NCBI GenBank assembly: GCA_051252375.1 | Contig: JBPOFY010000013.1 | Location: 1 to 64,000, forward strand | DNA length: 64,000 nt | Direction: 5' to 3' | Source of the DNA: Opitutaceae bacterium | GTDB taxonomy: Bacteria > Verrucomicrobiota > Verrucomicrobiia > Opitutales > Coraliomargaritaceae | In this document: positions 10,897 through 24,555 of the stretch, piece after piece | Numbering within the stretch: the stretch's first letter is position 1 | Layout: every line of letters begins with the position of its first letter | The notes under the pieces: model-generated | Databases searched by the model: none | The model's input: the letters and a program-made list of their open reading frames with translations, nothing else | Told to the model about the DNA's origin: nothing | Program-made: the position numbers and the translations under genes

Positions 10897-11889
10897 TTAA
10901 ATCCTCGGCTTTAAAATTAGCACGCCGTCGTGGGCTTCGGCGATTTCGCGCATGATGTTGGCGAAGCGGCTGTTGCCTTGCGGGGCGCCGAGTTGGAAGG
11001 GGCTGATCAAGGTGGGAAAGCCGACTGCACTGATTGATACGGGGCGTTTGCCTGTTGCGGGGTCACGTGGGTTGAGGCGGTCGAGCTTGAGGAGGAAGCT
11101 TTGAGTGGAGCCTTGGAAGTCGTCGCCGAGCACGTAGAGGCTCATGCTGTCATTGGCTTTTAGGCGGGGCTTTAGATCGCGGATGGCGGTGCGCACGCCG
11201 GACTCTGGGTCGCTTTTACTGGGAAGGGGATAGCGTAGAATGGCTTGCAGTGCTTGTTGGCGCAGGCCGGGAGTGTCGGGTAGCCAAATGCCGGCGCGTC
11301 CGCCGAGCATGTAGTTGCCGCTTGTATCGAGAAATTGAATACTGCGCACTTCGGGAAGACTGTCGAGTAGTTCGCGGATTTGTTCGATCACACCGTAGTG
11401 TAGTTGCTTGGTGAGTTGATTGCGCATGCTGCCCGAAGTGTCGATGACGAAGGCAACGTGGGTGGCGTCGGCGGGCAGACCGATCGGGGGGAGGTTCTCG
11501 TGCTTGAAGCTTTGCAGTAGTCGATTGGCTTCGGCGGCGGCTTGTTGGCTGGTGCTCAGGTTGGCTTTGCGGCTGTCGTATTCTTGCTGGAGGTCGGCGA
11601 GCTTGGATTCCATCTCTTGAATCAGAGACAGGATACGTTCGCGCTCTTGGCTGGTCTCGGTGCTGTTGATTGACGCTTCGAGGAGCGCGGCTTTGTTGGC
11701 GACGTCCGCTTCGAGCATGGCGAGTTGATCGCGCATGGCTTGGAGCGTGGGCACGTCGACTTCACTTACCACACCTGCTTTTCCTGAGCCAATCGATAGG
11801 ATAAAGAGCAACAGAATCGCTCCAAACCCACAGCAGAGGCAGTCAAGAAAGGAGAGGCTGAAAACCTCGATCGGTCTTCTTTTTATCAT
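10897..11889 (-). CDS. Membrane-anchored coiled-coil + vWA domain protein
   Basis: N-terminal SFLDCLCCGFGAILLLF, coiled coil, MIDAS-like FVIDTSGSM. Confidence 0.8.
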   Translation of the reverse strand: MIKRRPIEVFSLSFLDCLCCGFGAILLLFILSIGSGKAGVVSEVDVPTLQAMRDQLAMLEADVANKAALLEASINSTETSQERERILSLIQEMESKLADLQQEYDSRKANLSTSQQAAAEANRLLQSFKHENLPPIGLPADATHVAFVIDTSGSMRNQLTKQLHYGVIEQIRELLDSLPEVRSIQFLDTSGNYMLGGRAGIWLPDTPGLRQQALQAILRYPLPSKSDPESGVRTAIRDLKPRLKANDSMSLYVLGDDFQGSTQSFLLKLDRLNPRDPATGKRPVSISAVGFPTLISPFQLGAPQGNSRFANIMREIAEAHDGVLILKPRI

Positions 11890-11906
11890 GAAAAAAAGAA
11901 GGCCGA

Positions 11907-12043
11907 TTGAACGTCGAACGTTGAACGTCCAACGTTGAATGTTGAATTATTTGCAGGTAGGGCGCTCGGCGAGCACACCCTACCTTTAGCGGGTCGTCTG
12001 TTATTCGATGTTGGAAGTTTGACGTTCAATGTTCGATGTTCGC
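11907..12043. repeat. Heptamer-arm palindromic element (family 1) with a nested GTAG hairpin
   Basis: TTGAACGTCGAACGTTGAACGTCCAACGTTGAAT ... GTAGGGCGCTCGGCGAGCACACCCTAC ... GACGTTCAATGTTCGATGTTCG. Confidence 0.85.
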
Positions 12044-12058
12044 TATAGGCGTCTGCGC

Positions 12059-13072
<1,014 letters not shown>

Positions 13073-13115
13073 GATTTAATGATTAATAGCTAATTGGTAA
13101 TAGCTAAGAGGGGCG

Positions 13116-14054
13116 CTAATCCTGGTGTTCTGCTGAGGGCTTCGCGCTCTTCTCGGATTCAATATTCGACATTGGAAGTTGAGCGTTCGACGTTCCCTCG
13201 GGTTCTTCGCGGTCGTAGAGCTTATCGATCAGTTGCTCACGGCAGAAAGTTTGCAGGCGCAGGATGAGACCTTCTTGCCCACCTTGTAGGAGGTGGATCA
13301 AGAGCATGAGGATGATGCTGATAAATAGGGCGACGAGGGTGGAGTTGAAGGCCACACCGAGTGCACTGGTCACGCCGGAGATGTCGCCTTGAAGCGCTTC
13401 GTCGGCGCGCTGTAGGGCGACGCCGATACCGCGGACTGTGCCGATGAAGCCGATCGACGGCACGGCCCAGACGAGGTAGCGGAGCATGGAGAGTTCACTT
13501 TCCTGCTGTTCGGCGGCGACTTCGAGGCGCCCCATAATCGTTTCGGTGGCTTCGGGCACGCTGCCAGTCATGTGGTAGCGTTCGAGCCCGCGGGCCATGA
13601 TGTAGGGGAGGATCTTATTTTTAAGGTCGTGGGTTTTGCTCTTTTCGTCGATCTCATCGGCGAGGGTGCCTGCGCGTTCGCGGGTGATGCTGCGTGCACC
13701 ATCGAGCAGTTCGACTTCTGGGTCTGAGCTGAGACCTTCGCTTTCCGGGGCGAAGCGCCCAAGCGTCTTGGTCTCGTGGTTGAGTAGAATGAATTTATAG
13801 ACCAGAATCATGATGCCCCAGACGAAGAGCGAGAGGCAGATCTGTTGCTCATAGTCTTTGAGGATGACGAAGATACTGGAAAATGACGTTCGGTCATCGA
13901 CGCCGTAGGTGCTGGCGAGGGCAGCCTTATTGGCGCCGGGGCGAATCAGACCGCCGTAGATGACGCCGACAAAAATAAAAGAGGCAATTAAGCCGAGGGT
14001 GAATATCAGGCCTTTTACTGAGAAAAGGCCGCGTTCGGGATTTCGTAAGCTCAT
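13116..14054 (-). CDS. MotA/TolQ/ExbB proton channel family protein
   Basis: WAVPSIGFIGTVRGI, LGVAFNSTLVAL; 4 TM segments. Confidence 0.88.
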   Translation of the reverse strand: MSLRNPERGLFSVKGLIFTLGLIASFIFVGVIYGGLIRPGANKAALASTYGVDDRTSFSSIFVILKDYEQQICLSLFVWGIMILVYKFILLNHETKTLGRFAPESEGLSSDPEVELLDGARSITRERAGTLADEIDEKSKTHDLKNKILPYIMARGLERYHMTGSVPEATETIMGRLEVAAEQQESELSMLRYLVWAVPSIGFIGTVRGIGVALQRADEALQGDISGVTSALGVAFNSTLVALFISIILMLLIHLLQGGQEGLILRLQTFCREQLIDKLYDREEPEGTSNAQLPMSNIESEKSAKPSAEHQD

Positions 14055-14253
14055 TCTTTGGGAAGTGGAGAGTGAATGGTGGAAAGTGACTAGTAGATAG
14101 TGAGTAGAATGGGGCGAATTGTTCCAGATGCAAAATACAAATGCCGCTAGTTGTCAGGTTCGATACCAGTGCAATGTCTGGCTTTTTCGTTTGCAGCATG
14201 AGGTTTCAACGCTTCTGTCTTCTATCTCCTAAATTCTAAATTCTTAAAAAATT

Positions 14254-15711
<1,458 letters not shown>

Positions 15712-16244
15712 GGAACGTCGAACGCTGAACGTCCAACGTCCAATGGTGAATTGTCCAGAGGTGACCGTTCAGTCGTCATTCATTCAACATTGAGCGTTCG
15801 AAGTTGGACGTTCGACGTTCCCCTGTCCGGCTGGCTCGGCACCATGAATTACGGTGTCATCACGGCCAACAAGATGGACAAGTGGCTCTACGAGAAGGCG
15901 AAGGGGTGAGGAACGTCGAACGCTGAACGTCCAACGTCCAATGGTGAATTGTCCAGAGGTGACCGTTCAGTCGTCATTCATTCAACATTGAGCGTTCGAA
16001 GTTGGACGTTCGACGTTCCCCTGTCCGGCTGGCTCGGCACCATGAATTACGGTGTCATCACGGCCAACAAGATGGACAAGTGGCTCTACGAGAAGGCGAA
16101 GGGGTGAGGAACGTCGAACGCTGAACGTCCAACGTCCAATGGTGAATTGTCCAGAGGTGACCGTTCAGTCGTCATTCATTCAACATTGAGCGTTCGAAGT
16201 TGGACGTTCGATGTTCCCCTGTCCGGCTGGCGGGGCACCATAAA

Positions 16245-16610
16245 CTACGGTTTCAGTGCAAACCATTGCTGGCAGTCGAGGCAGTCGACTTTTTGCGAGG
16301 CGCAGGGTAGAGGGAGGTAGAGCGCTAGGCAGATGCCTGAAAGGAGGCTCATCTCGCGGATGCGGACGTTCTCAGATTGGCAGTGCGGGCATTTTAATAT
16401 GCCTTCATCTTTTGGGAGGTTGAGGACTTCCATGGCTTGTTCGAAGTCTTCGTCGGCCACTTCGACTTTTACTCCGCCGACGGCGTTGGAATAAAGCCAG
16501 TGCAGGCTGGTCACATTCTCGTCGCGAATGTAGGCGTCGATACCATTGCCTGCTAATAATGACACGGCTAGGTGCGCGTCTTCGGGTTTCGTATAAGTGG
16601 CGACAATCAC
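16245..16610 (-). CDS. DUF2007 domain protein with C-terminal Zn ribbon
   Basis: VATYTKPEDAHLAVSLLAGNGIDAYIRDE, NAVGGVKVEV, CPHC...CLDC; probable GTG start. Confidence 0.8.
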   Translation of the reverse strand: MIVATYTKPEDAHLAVSLLAGNGIDAYIRDENVTSLHWLYSNAVGGVKVEVADEDFEQAMEVLNLPKDEGILKCPHCQSENVRIREMSLLSGICLALYLPLPCASQKVDCLDCQQWFALKP

Positions 16611-16697
16611 AATGTGTAATGTGTCGTAGGACGGTCGTTTTGCCAACTTGTTTTGCCGTAATTGGCTCAACAGACTGAAATCTTACATGCTTCTGAT

Positions 16698-16820
16698 GTA
16701 GCCGCCTCACTCTCCCGACCTGAGCTTTGCCTGGCGTGAGCGAGTCGAACGGTCGAAGGTGTGAGGCGTTTTTCTGAGATCGCTGGCGACACAGAACACG
16801 GCACAGAGTGCCGTGGCTAC
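16698..16820. repeat. GTAG REP pair with a nested insertion
   Basis: GTAGCCGCCTCACTCT[47-bp insert]GTGAGGCG ... CACGGCACAGAGTGCCGTGGCTAC. Confidence 0.75.
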
Positions 16821-16865
16821 AACTAACAGGTGCGGCTACAACTAATGGAGCCGTGGTCTGGGCAC

Positions 16866-16895
16866 AAAAAAGCTCCGAGGTTTTCGGAGCTTTTT
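16866..16895 (-). terminator. Intrinsic terminator after tRNA-Gly (bidirectional shape)
   Basis: AAAAAAGCTCCGAG-GT-TTTCGGAGCTTTTT. Confidence 0.8.
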
Positions 16896-16902
16896 ACTTC
16901 AA

Positions 16903-16977
<75 letters not shown>

Positions 16978-17153
16978 GGCAAATGAAGCGCGTAAAATGG
17001 TCTGATCTTTGCCTGTCGGTCAAGAAGGAATTCAGAGAAATGAAGGTCGCGCCGACTTTGGCGATGTGTATTTTCTACTTCCATGTATTGGGAGAACCTG
17101 CATTAAGAGGATACTTCTCTTCAATCACTCTACCTAATCGATCACAATAACTT

Positions 17154-17930
17154 ATGATACGTGCCTTAGGACGTTCCGCACTGACCGTAGTTCATGAACT
17201 CGGCGAAATCAGCCTTTTTGGGCTGGGGGCTTTGCGTGGGTTCGTAGGACAACGCCGCCGATTGGCAAAATTAGTCGTGGCGATTCACGAGATTGGGGTG
17301 CGGTGTTTCCCTATCGTGCTGACCGTGGGCATGTTTACCGGTTTGGTGATGGGGCTGCAGCTCTACTACACCTTGGTTCAATTAGGAGCTGAGGCTGCGC
17401 TGGGTGATGCGGTGGGGCTTTCGATTGTTTTAGAACTGGGTCCGGTGCTGACCGCGCTGATGGTGGTGGGGCAGGCTGGATCGGCCATGGCGTCGGAGCT
17501 GGGCATACAGCGAAATGATGAGCAAATCGATGCGCTTCAGACCATGAGCATCGATCCGAAGGGTTATTTGGTGGGACCACGTTTAGTGGCGGCGGTGATC
17601 TGTTTTCCGATGCTGACCGCGATCTTTGATTTGATTGGCATCTTTGGCGGGTATTTGACCGGGTCGGTTTTGCTGGGTGTTGATTCGGGTGTGTATTGGC
17701 ATCATGTGGAAAGCAGCATCACCTGGCATGACGTTCGCGGTGGTTTCATTAAGGCGCTGGTCTTTGGCATCTATACGATTTCGGTTTGTGCGTATCGTGG
17801 GTTTAACACGCATCGTAAAGCGTCCTTCCCTGGTGTGCGTGGGGTCAGTGAGTCGGCTACCCGCGCGGTGGTCTGGTCGAGTGTCGGCGTTTTGGCGTCC
17901 GACTATTTAATCACTTCATTCTTAATCTAA
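17154..17930 (+). CDS. mlaE: MlaE ABC permease
   Basis: ELGPVLTALMVVGQAGSAMASELG, EQIDAL, GVSESATRAVV. Confidence 0.92.
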   Translation: MIRALGRSALTVVHELGEISLFGLGALRGFVGQRRRLAKLVVAIHEIGVRCFPIVLTVGMFTGLVMGLQLYYTLVQLGAEAALGDAVGLSIVLELGPVLTALMVVGQAGSAMASELGIQRNDEQIDALQTMSIDPKGYLVGPRLVAAVICFPMLTAIFDLIGIFGGYLTGSVLLGVDSGVYWHHVESSITWHDVRGGFIKALVFGIYTISVCAYRGFNTHRKASFPGVRGVSESATRAVVWSSVGVLASDYLITSFLI

Positions 17931-18688
17931 TGGAAGATGCCTTTCTCAAAATCCGTGGCTTAAAGAAGCACTTTGGTGATAACCGAGTGCTGGACGGCAT
18001 CGATCTAGATGTCGCGCGTGCTTCGGTGACGACGATTATCGGCAAGAGCGGCATCGGTAAATCGGTGCTGTTGAAATGTATCGCCAATTTGTTGGCTCCC
18101 GACGCGGGGCAGATCGAACTCGATGGTCAGGCGATCGCGCACAGCCGTCGCAAGGCGGGCGAGGCAGATGGTGTTTCGTTTAGTTACATGTTTCAGAACA
18201 ACGCACTCTTCGATTCGCTAACAGCGGCGGAGAATGTCGCATTGCCGCTATTGGAGGCGTCGGGGCTGTCCAAGAGCGAGATCCGTGAGCAGGTGAATGC
18301 GATGCTCAAGCATTTGGAGTTAGAGAAATCCGGCGGTCGTTATCCCGGCGAACTTTCCGGCGGCATGAAAAAACGTGTGGCTTTGGCCCGCGCGTTGATC
18401 ACGAAGCCGCAGGTGGTGCTCTTTGATGAGCCGACGACCGGATTGGACCCCGAGCGTAAGTTCAGCGTTTTTGAAATGATAGCGGACTACCGCGAAAAGT
18501 TTGGTTTCACCGCGCTATTGGTCAGCCACGATATACCGGAGGTATTTGAAATAAGTGACCGCGTGGCTTGGTTGGACGAAGGGGTGATTAAGTTTTTTGG
18601 CCGTCCGGAAGAATTGGATGCTGATGCGGAGTCGGCGCTATCGGGATTTTTAAACAAAGCAAATTACGGGCGCAAAGCGTCTGCATAA
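17930..18688 (+). CDS. mlaF: MlaF ABC ATPase
   Basis: GKSGIGKS, LSGGMKKRVALARA, FDEPTTGLDP. Confidence 0.9.
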   Translation: MEDAFLKIRGLKKHFGDNRVLDGIDLDVARASVTTIIGKSGIGKSVLLKCIANLLAPDAGQIELDGQAIAHSRRKAGEADGVSFSYMFQNNALFDSLTAAENVALPLLEASGLSKSEIREQVNAMLKHLELEKSGGRYPGELSGGMKKRVALARALITKPQVVLFDEPTTGLDPERKFSVFEMIADYREKFGFTALLVSHDIPEVFEISDRVAWLDEGVIKFFGRPEELDADAESALSGFLNKANYGRKASA

Positions 18689-18705
18689 TTAGGAGGAAGT
18701 GATCT

Positions 18706-19164
18706 ATGAATAATCGTAAAATCGAATTTTTAGTCGGATGTTTCGTTTTAGTGGGACTGGGCGCAGTGCTGTATCTCGCGATTCAGGTGGGTAGCGCGCG
18801 TTTCTTCAATAGTGACAGCTACGAGCTAAAGGCCCGCTTCAGTAGCATCAGCGGGGTGAATACTGGCAGTCGTATCGAAATTGCCGGTGTGCGGGTCGGC
18901 ACGGTGACAGAGATCGTTCTGAATGATGATTTCTTTGCCATTCTCACGCTGGAATTGCCGAATTCTATACAATTGGACGATGACACCATCGCTTCCGTGA
19001 AGACCGCAGGTTTGATTGGCGACCGCTATATTAACCTCTCGCCTGGGGGTTCTGGCTTACCTTTGGAGCCGGGGGACACCATTGTTGACACGGAATCAGC
19101 GATGGATATCGAGGGTTTGATCAGTCGTTTTGCCCTCGGAGGGATTGACGAAGAGGAAGAATAG
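18706..19164 (+). CDS. mlaD: MlaD MCE-domain protein
   Basis: IAGVRVGTV, TAGLIGDRYINLSPGG; Shine-Dalgarno AGGAGG. Confidence 0.92.
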   Translation: MNNRKIEFLVGCFVLVGLGAVLYLAIQVGSARFFNSDSYELKARFSSISGVNTGSRIEIAGVRVGTVTEIVLNDDFFAILTLELPNSIQLDDDTIASVKTAGLIGDRYINLSPGGSGLPLEPGDTIVDTESAMDIEGLISRFALGGIDEEEE

Positions 19165-19182
19165 GCTATTCATATTTCTGAA

Positions 19183-19797
19183 ATGTATCAGTTACGCACA
19201 ATTTTAGTATTAGTATTTCTAAGCGCAGGAGTTATTTCCTGGGGGGCTTCGCCGCAGGTGGAAAAGCTCGAAAGCACCGTGGTTGCGGCTTTGGATATTG
19301 TTTATAGCGACTGCTGTAGCGAATTAACACTTGAAGGAAAACAAGTGAAAGTGCGCGAGGCGATCGAATCGAATTACGAGTTGGACGTGGTGATCCGTCG
19401 CGCGATCGGTCGTAACTGGACTAAGCTTAAAGCGTCCGAGCAAGGTCAAGTCATGGACTTGGTCAAGCAGTTGATCGTTAAGGCATACGTGAAGGGTTTG
19501 GATGGTAAGAATCGCCCAACCGTGACTTTTGGCAAAGTGGTGGAAGTCTCCGAAAAGCGTATGGAGATCGCGTCGGAAATTGAGCTAGATGGCAAAGTTT
19601 ATAATGTGCTCTACCGGATGGGGTTGATGGAATCCGGTTGGCAGATTTATGATATCGTGGCGGAGGATATTAGTGTGGTCTCGAACTACCGCCAACAATT
19701 TGACGATCATTTCCGCAAAGGTAATGGGGCAGAACTAATCACAAAACTTGAAGAACTTTTAAAGAAGGAAGACTTGGATGAAGAAATTAAATTATAA
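19183..19797 (+). CDS. mlaC: MlaC phospholipid-binding protein
   Basis: Signal peptide, GWQIYDIVAEDISVVSNYRQQF. Confidence 0.88.
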   Translation: MYQLRTILVLVFLSAGVISWGASPQVEKLESTVVAALDIVYSDCCSELTLEGKQVKVREAIESNYELDVVIRRAIGRNWTKLKASEQGQVMDLVKQLIVKAYVKGLDGKNRPTVTFGKVVEVSEKRMEIASEIELDGKVYNVLYRMGLMESGWQIYDIVAEDISVVSNYRQQFDDHFRKGNGAELITKLEELLKKEDLDEEIKL

Positions 19798-20539
19798 GCG
19801 TTGCGCATTACTCTTTTCGGTAGCTTTTGGGCTGATCGGATCATTATCGCTTTCGGGACAATCCGCATTTTTGAGCGAAGAAGATTTGTATGAGGAGGAT
19901 GTCCTGAATGGTTCGGGCGTGAGTGACCCGCTTGAATCGATCAATCGTGTGACTTTTGATATCAACGATTTCGTTTATCTGAACCTTCTGCAGCCAATCG
20001 CAGATGGCTACACCGCGATCACTCCTGATCCGGTTGAGAAGGGCGCGAGTAATTTCTTTCGTAATTTAAAGTATCCCGTTCGTTTGGCTGGTAATCTTTT
20101 ACAGGGCCGTTTCGAAGGTGCTTGGGTGGAGACGGGGCGTTTTGCGATCAACACCACTATTGGAATCGCCGGTATTTTTACACCTGCTGATTCGGTCGAG
20201 GGCTTTGAGCCGATTCCTTCTGAAGACATCGGGCAAGCTTTAGGTTCTTGGGGTGTTGGCGAAGGACCTTACTTGGTGCTGCCATTGTTAGGACCATCCA
20301 ATCTTCGTGATTTGGGTGGCTACGTCGGTGATCGTGCAGTCAACCCATTGCAGGAGCCATTTAGTTTGATTGATGACTGGGACTGGGAATGGCGCTTAGC
20401 GCTGGCTGGTTCTGAGTTGATTGCCACTAGCCCGACAATGATTGAGCGCTATTTGCAACTCAAGGGTAGCTCCATCGACCCCTATGGTTCGATGAAGAAT
20501 GGCTTTACGCAATATCGTCGTTCTGCGATTGAGGAGTAA
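19778..20539 (+). CDS. mlaA: MlaA/VacJ family protein
   Basis: DPLESINR, RFAINTTIG, EDIGQALGSWGVGEGPYLVLPLLGPSNLRD. Confidence 0.9.
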   Translation: MKKLNYKRCALLFSVAFGLIGSLSLSGQSAFLSEEDLYEEDVLNGSGVSDPLESINRVTFDINDFVYLNLLQPIADGYTAITPDPVEKGASNFFRNLKYPVRLAGNLLQGRFEGAWVETGRFAINTTIGIAGIFTPADSVEGFEPIPSEDIGQALGSWGVGEGPYLVLPLLGPSNLRDLGGYVGDRAVNPLQEPFSLIDDWDWEWRLALAGSELIATSPTMIERYLQLKGSSIDPYGSMKNGFTQYRRSAIEE

Positions 20540-20648
20540 GTTCGTCCTCTTATAGATTAGAGGGGCGAGTCGTCGTCCTTGAAAATTTTAGCGCTTGGGC
20601 GAAAGAATGCGTTGGCATCTTTCTAAGTTTTCCTAGTATTTTTTGCTC

Positions 20649-22013
20649 ATGCAAATTTCTGCCGCAGACCTTCAGTTGATTGAGAAATACAATCGCCCCG
20701 GACCTCGCTATACGAGCTATCCGCCGGCGAATCATTTTCGAGACTACGCCGACTACGCGCCGCTTTTGAGCTCGGTTCAGTCGGGTGACGCGCCGCTATC
20801 ACTTTATTTTCATCTCCCATTCTGTGAGACGCTGTGCTGGTTTTGCGGCTGCCATACGATTACGACCCTCGATCACGATCGAGGGAATGACTACCTGGAC
20901 CTTTTGGAGAAGGAGCTCGCGTTGTTTGCTGAGCATGTGCCGGAAGGCAGAAAGGCCGCTCAACTCCACTTTGGTGGGGGCACGCCGAACTTCTTTCGCC
21001 CGGAGCAAATCGATCGTTTGGCCGCGTTGATCGATTGCCACTTTACATTTTTGGACGATGCGGAGAAATCGGTCGAGCTGGACCCGCGCCGCCTTACCCC
21101 GGACCACATTAAAGCCTTTGCTCGCATGGGGATCACCCGCGCTTCCTTTGGTGTGCAGGATTGCAATGCCGACGTGCAGAAGGCGATCCACCGCATCCAA
21201 CCGCAATCGATGAATATTGAGGCGATGCAAACTTTGCGTGAAAACGGCTTTGAGTCGGTGAATCTCGATTTGATCTATGGTTTGCCGAAGCAATCCCCCG
21301 AAACTTTTTCGGAGACCCTTGACGAAGTCTTAGAGTTGAAGCCCGATCGTTTTGCGATTTTCAATTACGCGCATGTGCCGTGGATGAAGCCTGCTCAGAA
21401 ATTACTGGAGCGTCACGGTTTGCCCTCGGCGGAAACCAAGATGGAGCTGCTGCGTCTTTGTATCGAGCGTCTGACCGCGGAGGGTTACGTCTATATTGGC
21501 ATGGATCACTTCGCGTTGCCTGACGACGAGTTGGTCAAAGCACAGCGTGAGCAATCGCTGCAGCGCAATTTCCAAGGTTATAGCACGCGTGCCGGGGTGG
21601 AGATCTGCGGCTTCGGTATTTCCAGTATCTCCCAGGGCGCAGTGGGCTTTCGCCAAAACGTGAAAGACCTCGAAAGTTACCGTGCCTGTCTATCCGCTGG
21701 AAAACTGCCGATTACCAAGGGCTATGAATTTACCGATGAAGATCGTCTGCGCGGTGATGTCATCATGCGCCTGATGTGTGACCTTTCGCTCGATTTCGGA
21801 GCTATGTCGGAAAAGTGGGATATCAATTTCCGTGAGCATTTCGCCGATGCCATCCTGCAACTGGATGAGCCCGCAACCGATGGTCTCATCGTGTGGACAG
21901 ATAAAGGGTTTGCCGTGACCGAGCGCGGGCGGTTGTTCGTCCGGAATCTGGCGATGTGTTTCGATGCTTATTTGGAGCCCGCCACAGAAGGGCGCTATTC
22001 GAAGACGGTTTAG
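20649..22013 (+). CDS. hemN: Oxygen-independent coproporphyrinogen III oxidase
   Basis: GPRYTSYP, CETLCWFC radical SAM motif, HFGGGTP, LQRNFQGY. Confidence 0.95.
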   Translation: MQISAADLQLIEKYNRPGPRYTSYPPANHFRDYADYAPLLSSVQSGDAPLSLYFHLPFCETLCWFCGCHTITTLDHDRGNDYLDLLEKELALFAEHVPEGRKAAQLHFGGGTPNFFRPEQIDRLAALIDCHFTFLDDAEKSVELDPRRLTPDHIKAFARMGITRASFGVQDCNADVQKAIHRIQPQSMNIEAMQTLRENGFESVNLDLIYGLPKQSPETFSETLDEVLELKPDRFAIFNYAHVPWMKPAQKLLERHGLPSAETKMELLRLCIERLTAEGYVYIGMDHFALPDDELVKAQREQSLQRNFQGYSTRAGVEICGFGISSISQGAVGFRQNVKDLESYRACLSAGKLPITKGYEFTDEDRLRGDVIMRLMCDLSLDFGAMSEKWDINFREHFADAILQLDEPATDGLIVWTDKGFAVTERGRLFVRNLAMCFDAYLEPATEGRYSKTV

Positions 22014-22161
22014 CGGGATGTCTCCGACGCCCAATCTTGAATAAAGGGGCGATTTGGGAGCACTTGTGGTCGTTCATTGGTCCTTCGCCAGGATTACTGC
22101 ATCGTTCTCACGGTTTTCATTGCAATTCTGCTCTAAGGAAATTTACTCCCCCGCTTTTCCT

Positions 22162-23748
<1,587 letters not shown>

Positions 23749-23752
23749 ATTT

Positions 23753-23831
23753 AGGAGTCAGAATTCAGGAGACAGGAGTCAGTGTTGAAAAGTGCTCGCT
23801 CTGTGCTTCTGAATTCTGAATTCTACCTCCT
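23753..23831. repeat. Heptamer repeat family 2 element
   Basis: AGGAGTCAGAATTCAGGAGACAGGAGTCAG ... TTCTGAATTCTGAATTCTACCTCCT (inverted arms) filling the serA-plsY gap. Confidence 0.75.
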
Positions 23832-24434
23832 GTGTCCTTAATAAACATCATCCTCGTTACCGTTGTCGGTTATTTGCTCGGAGCTATCAGCTTCGCGGTG
23901 ATCATTGCGAAGGGGAAGGGCGTTGATATCTTTAAAGAGGGTAGCGGGAACCCCGGCGCGACTAATGTGAAGCGCGTCCTTGGCTCAAAATGCGGCAACA
24001 CCGTTTTTGTGCTGGATGCGTTGAAGGGCTTTGTTGCTGCCGGTTGGCCACGCTTGGTGTTTGAGGGTGATCTGGGACTGAAGCTCGCGGTCATCGGTTT
24101 GATTGCCGCGATTATCGGTCACAGTTTCTCGATCTTCCTGAAGTTCCGTGGCGGCAAAGGCGTCGCCACGACCATGGGCGGGCTCTTGGCGATCATGCCA
24201 TTGGTGCTCGTGATCGGTTTGCTGGTCTGGGCGATCTGCTTTTACAGCACGAAAATCGTGGCGCTGGCTTCGATCTTGTTTGGCGTGAGTTTACCAGTCG
24301 CCGCATACTTCCTGTTTGGGACGAGTGATCCGCGTTTTAACCTCGGGCTCGTCCTCGGGCTATTGATCGTTATTCGCCACCGTTCCAATATCGCACGGAT
24401 GTGTGCCGGTAAGGAAAACAGCTTCAAAAAGTAG
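23832..24434 (+). CDS. plsY: Glycerol-3-phosphate acyltransferase PlsY
   Basis: GSGNPGATNVKR, GHSFSIFLKFRGGKGVAT, RHRSNI. Confidence 0.94.
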   Translation: MSLINIILVTVVGYLLGAISFAVIIAKGKGVDIFKEGSGNPGATNVKRVLGSKCGNTVFVLDALKGFVAAGWPRLVFEGDLGLKLAVIGLIAAIIGHSFSIFLKFRGGKGVATTMGGLLAIMPLVLVIGLLVWAICFYSTKIVALASILFGVSLPVAAYFLFGTSDPRFNLGLVLGLLIVIRHRSNIARMCAGKENSFKK

Positions 24435-24555
24435 GGCTGCAGACACGCGCAAACGGGCGTGCCATGGGTGGCTGACGCGACTTGTAAATTAAGCGGCACT
24501 TTTGCTTTTAGGATTGGTTAATTCCTGCTATCAGATTAGCTGATTAATTAGTTTT

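Noticed and set aside
14178..14196. sigma54 promoter upstream of the oxidoreductase
   Set aside because: GG-to-GC spacing is 11 nt rather than the required 10.
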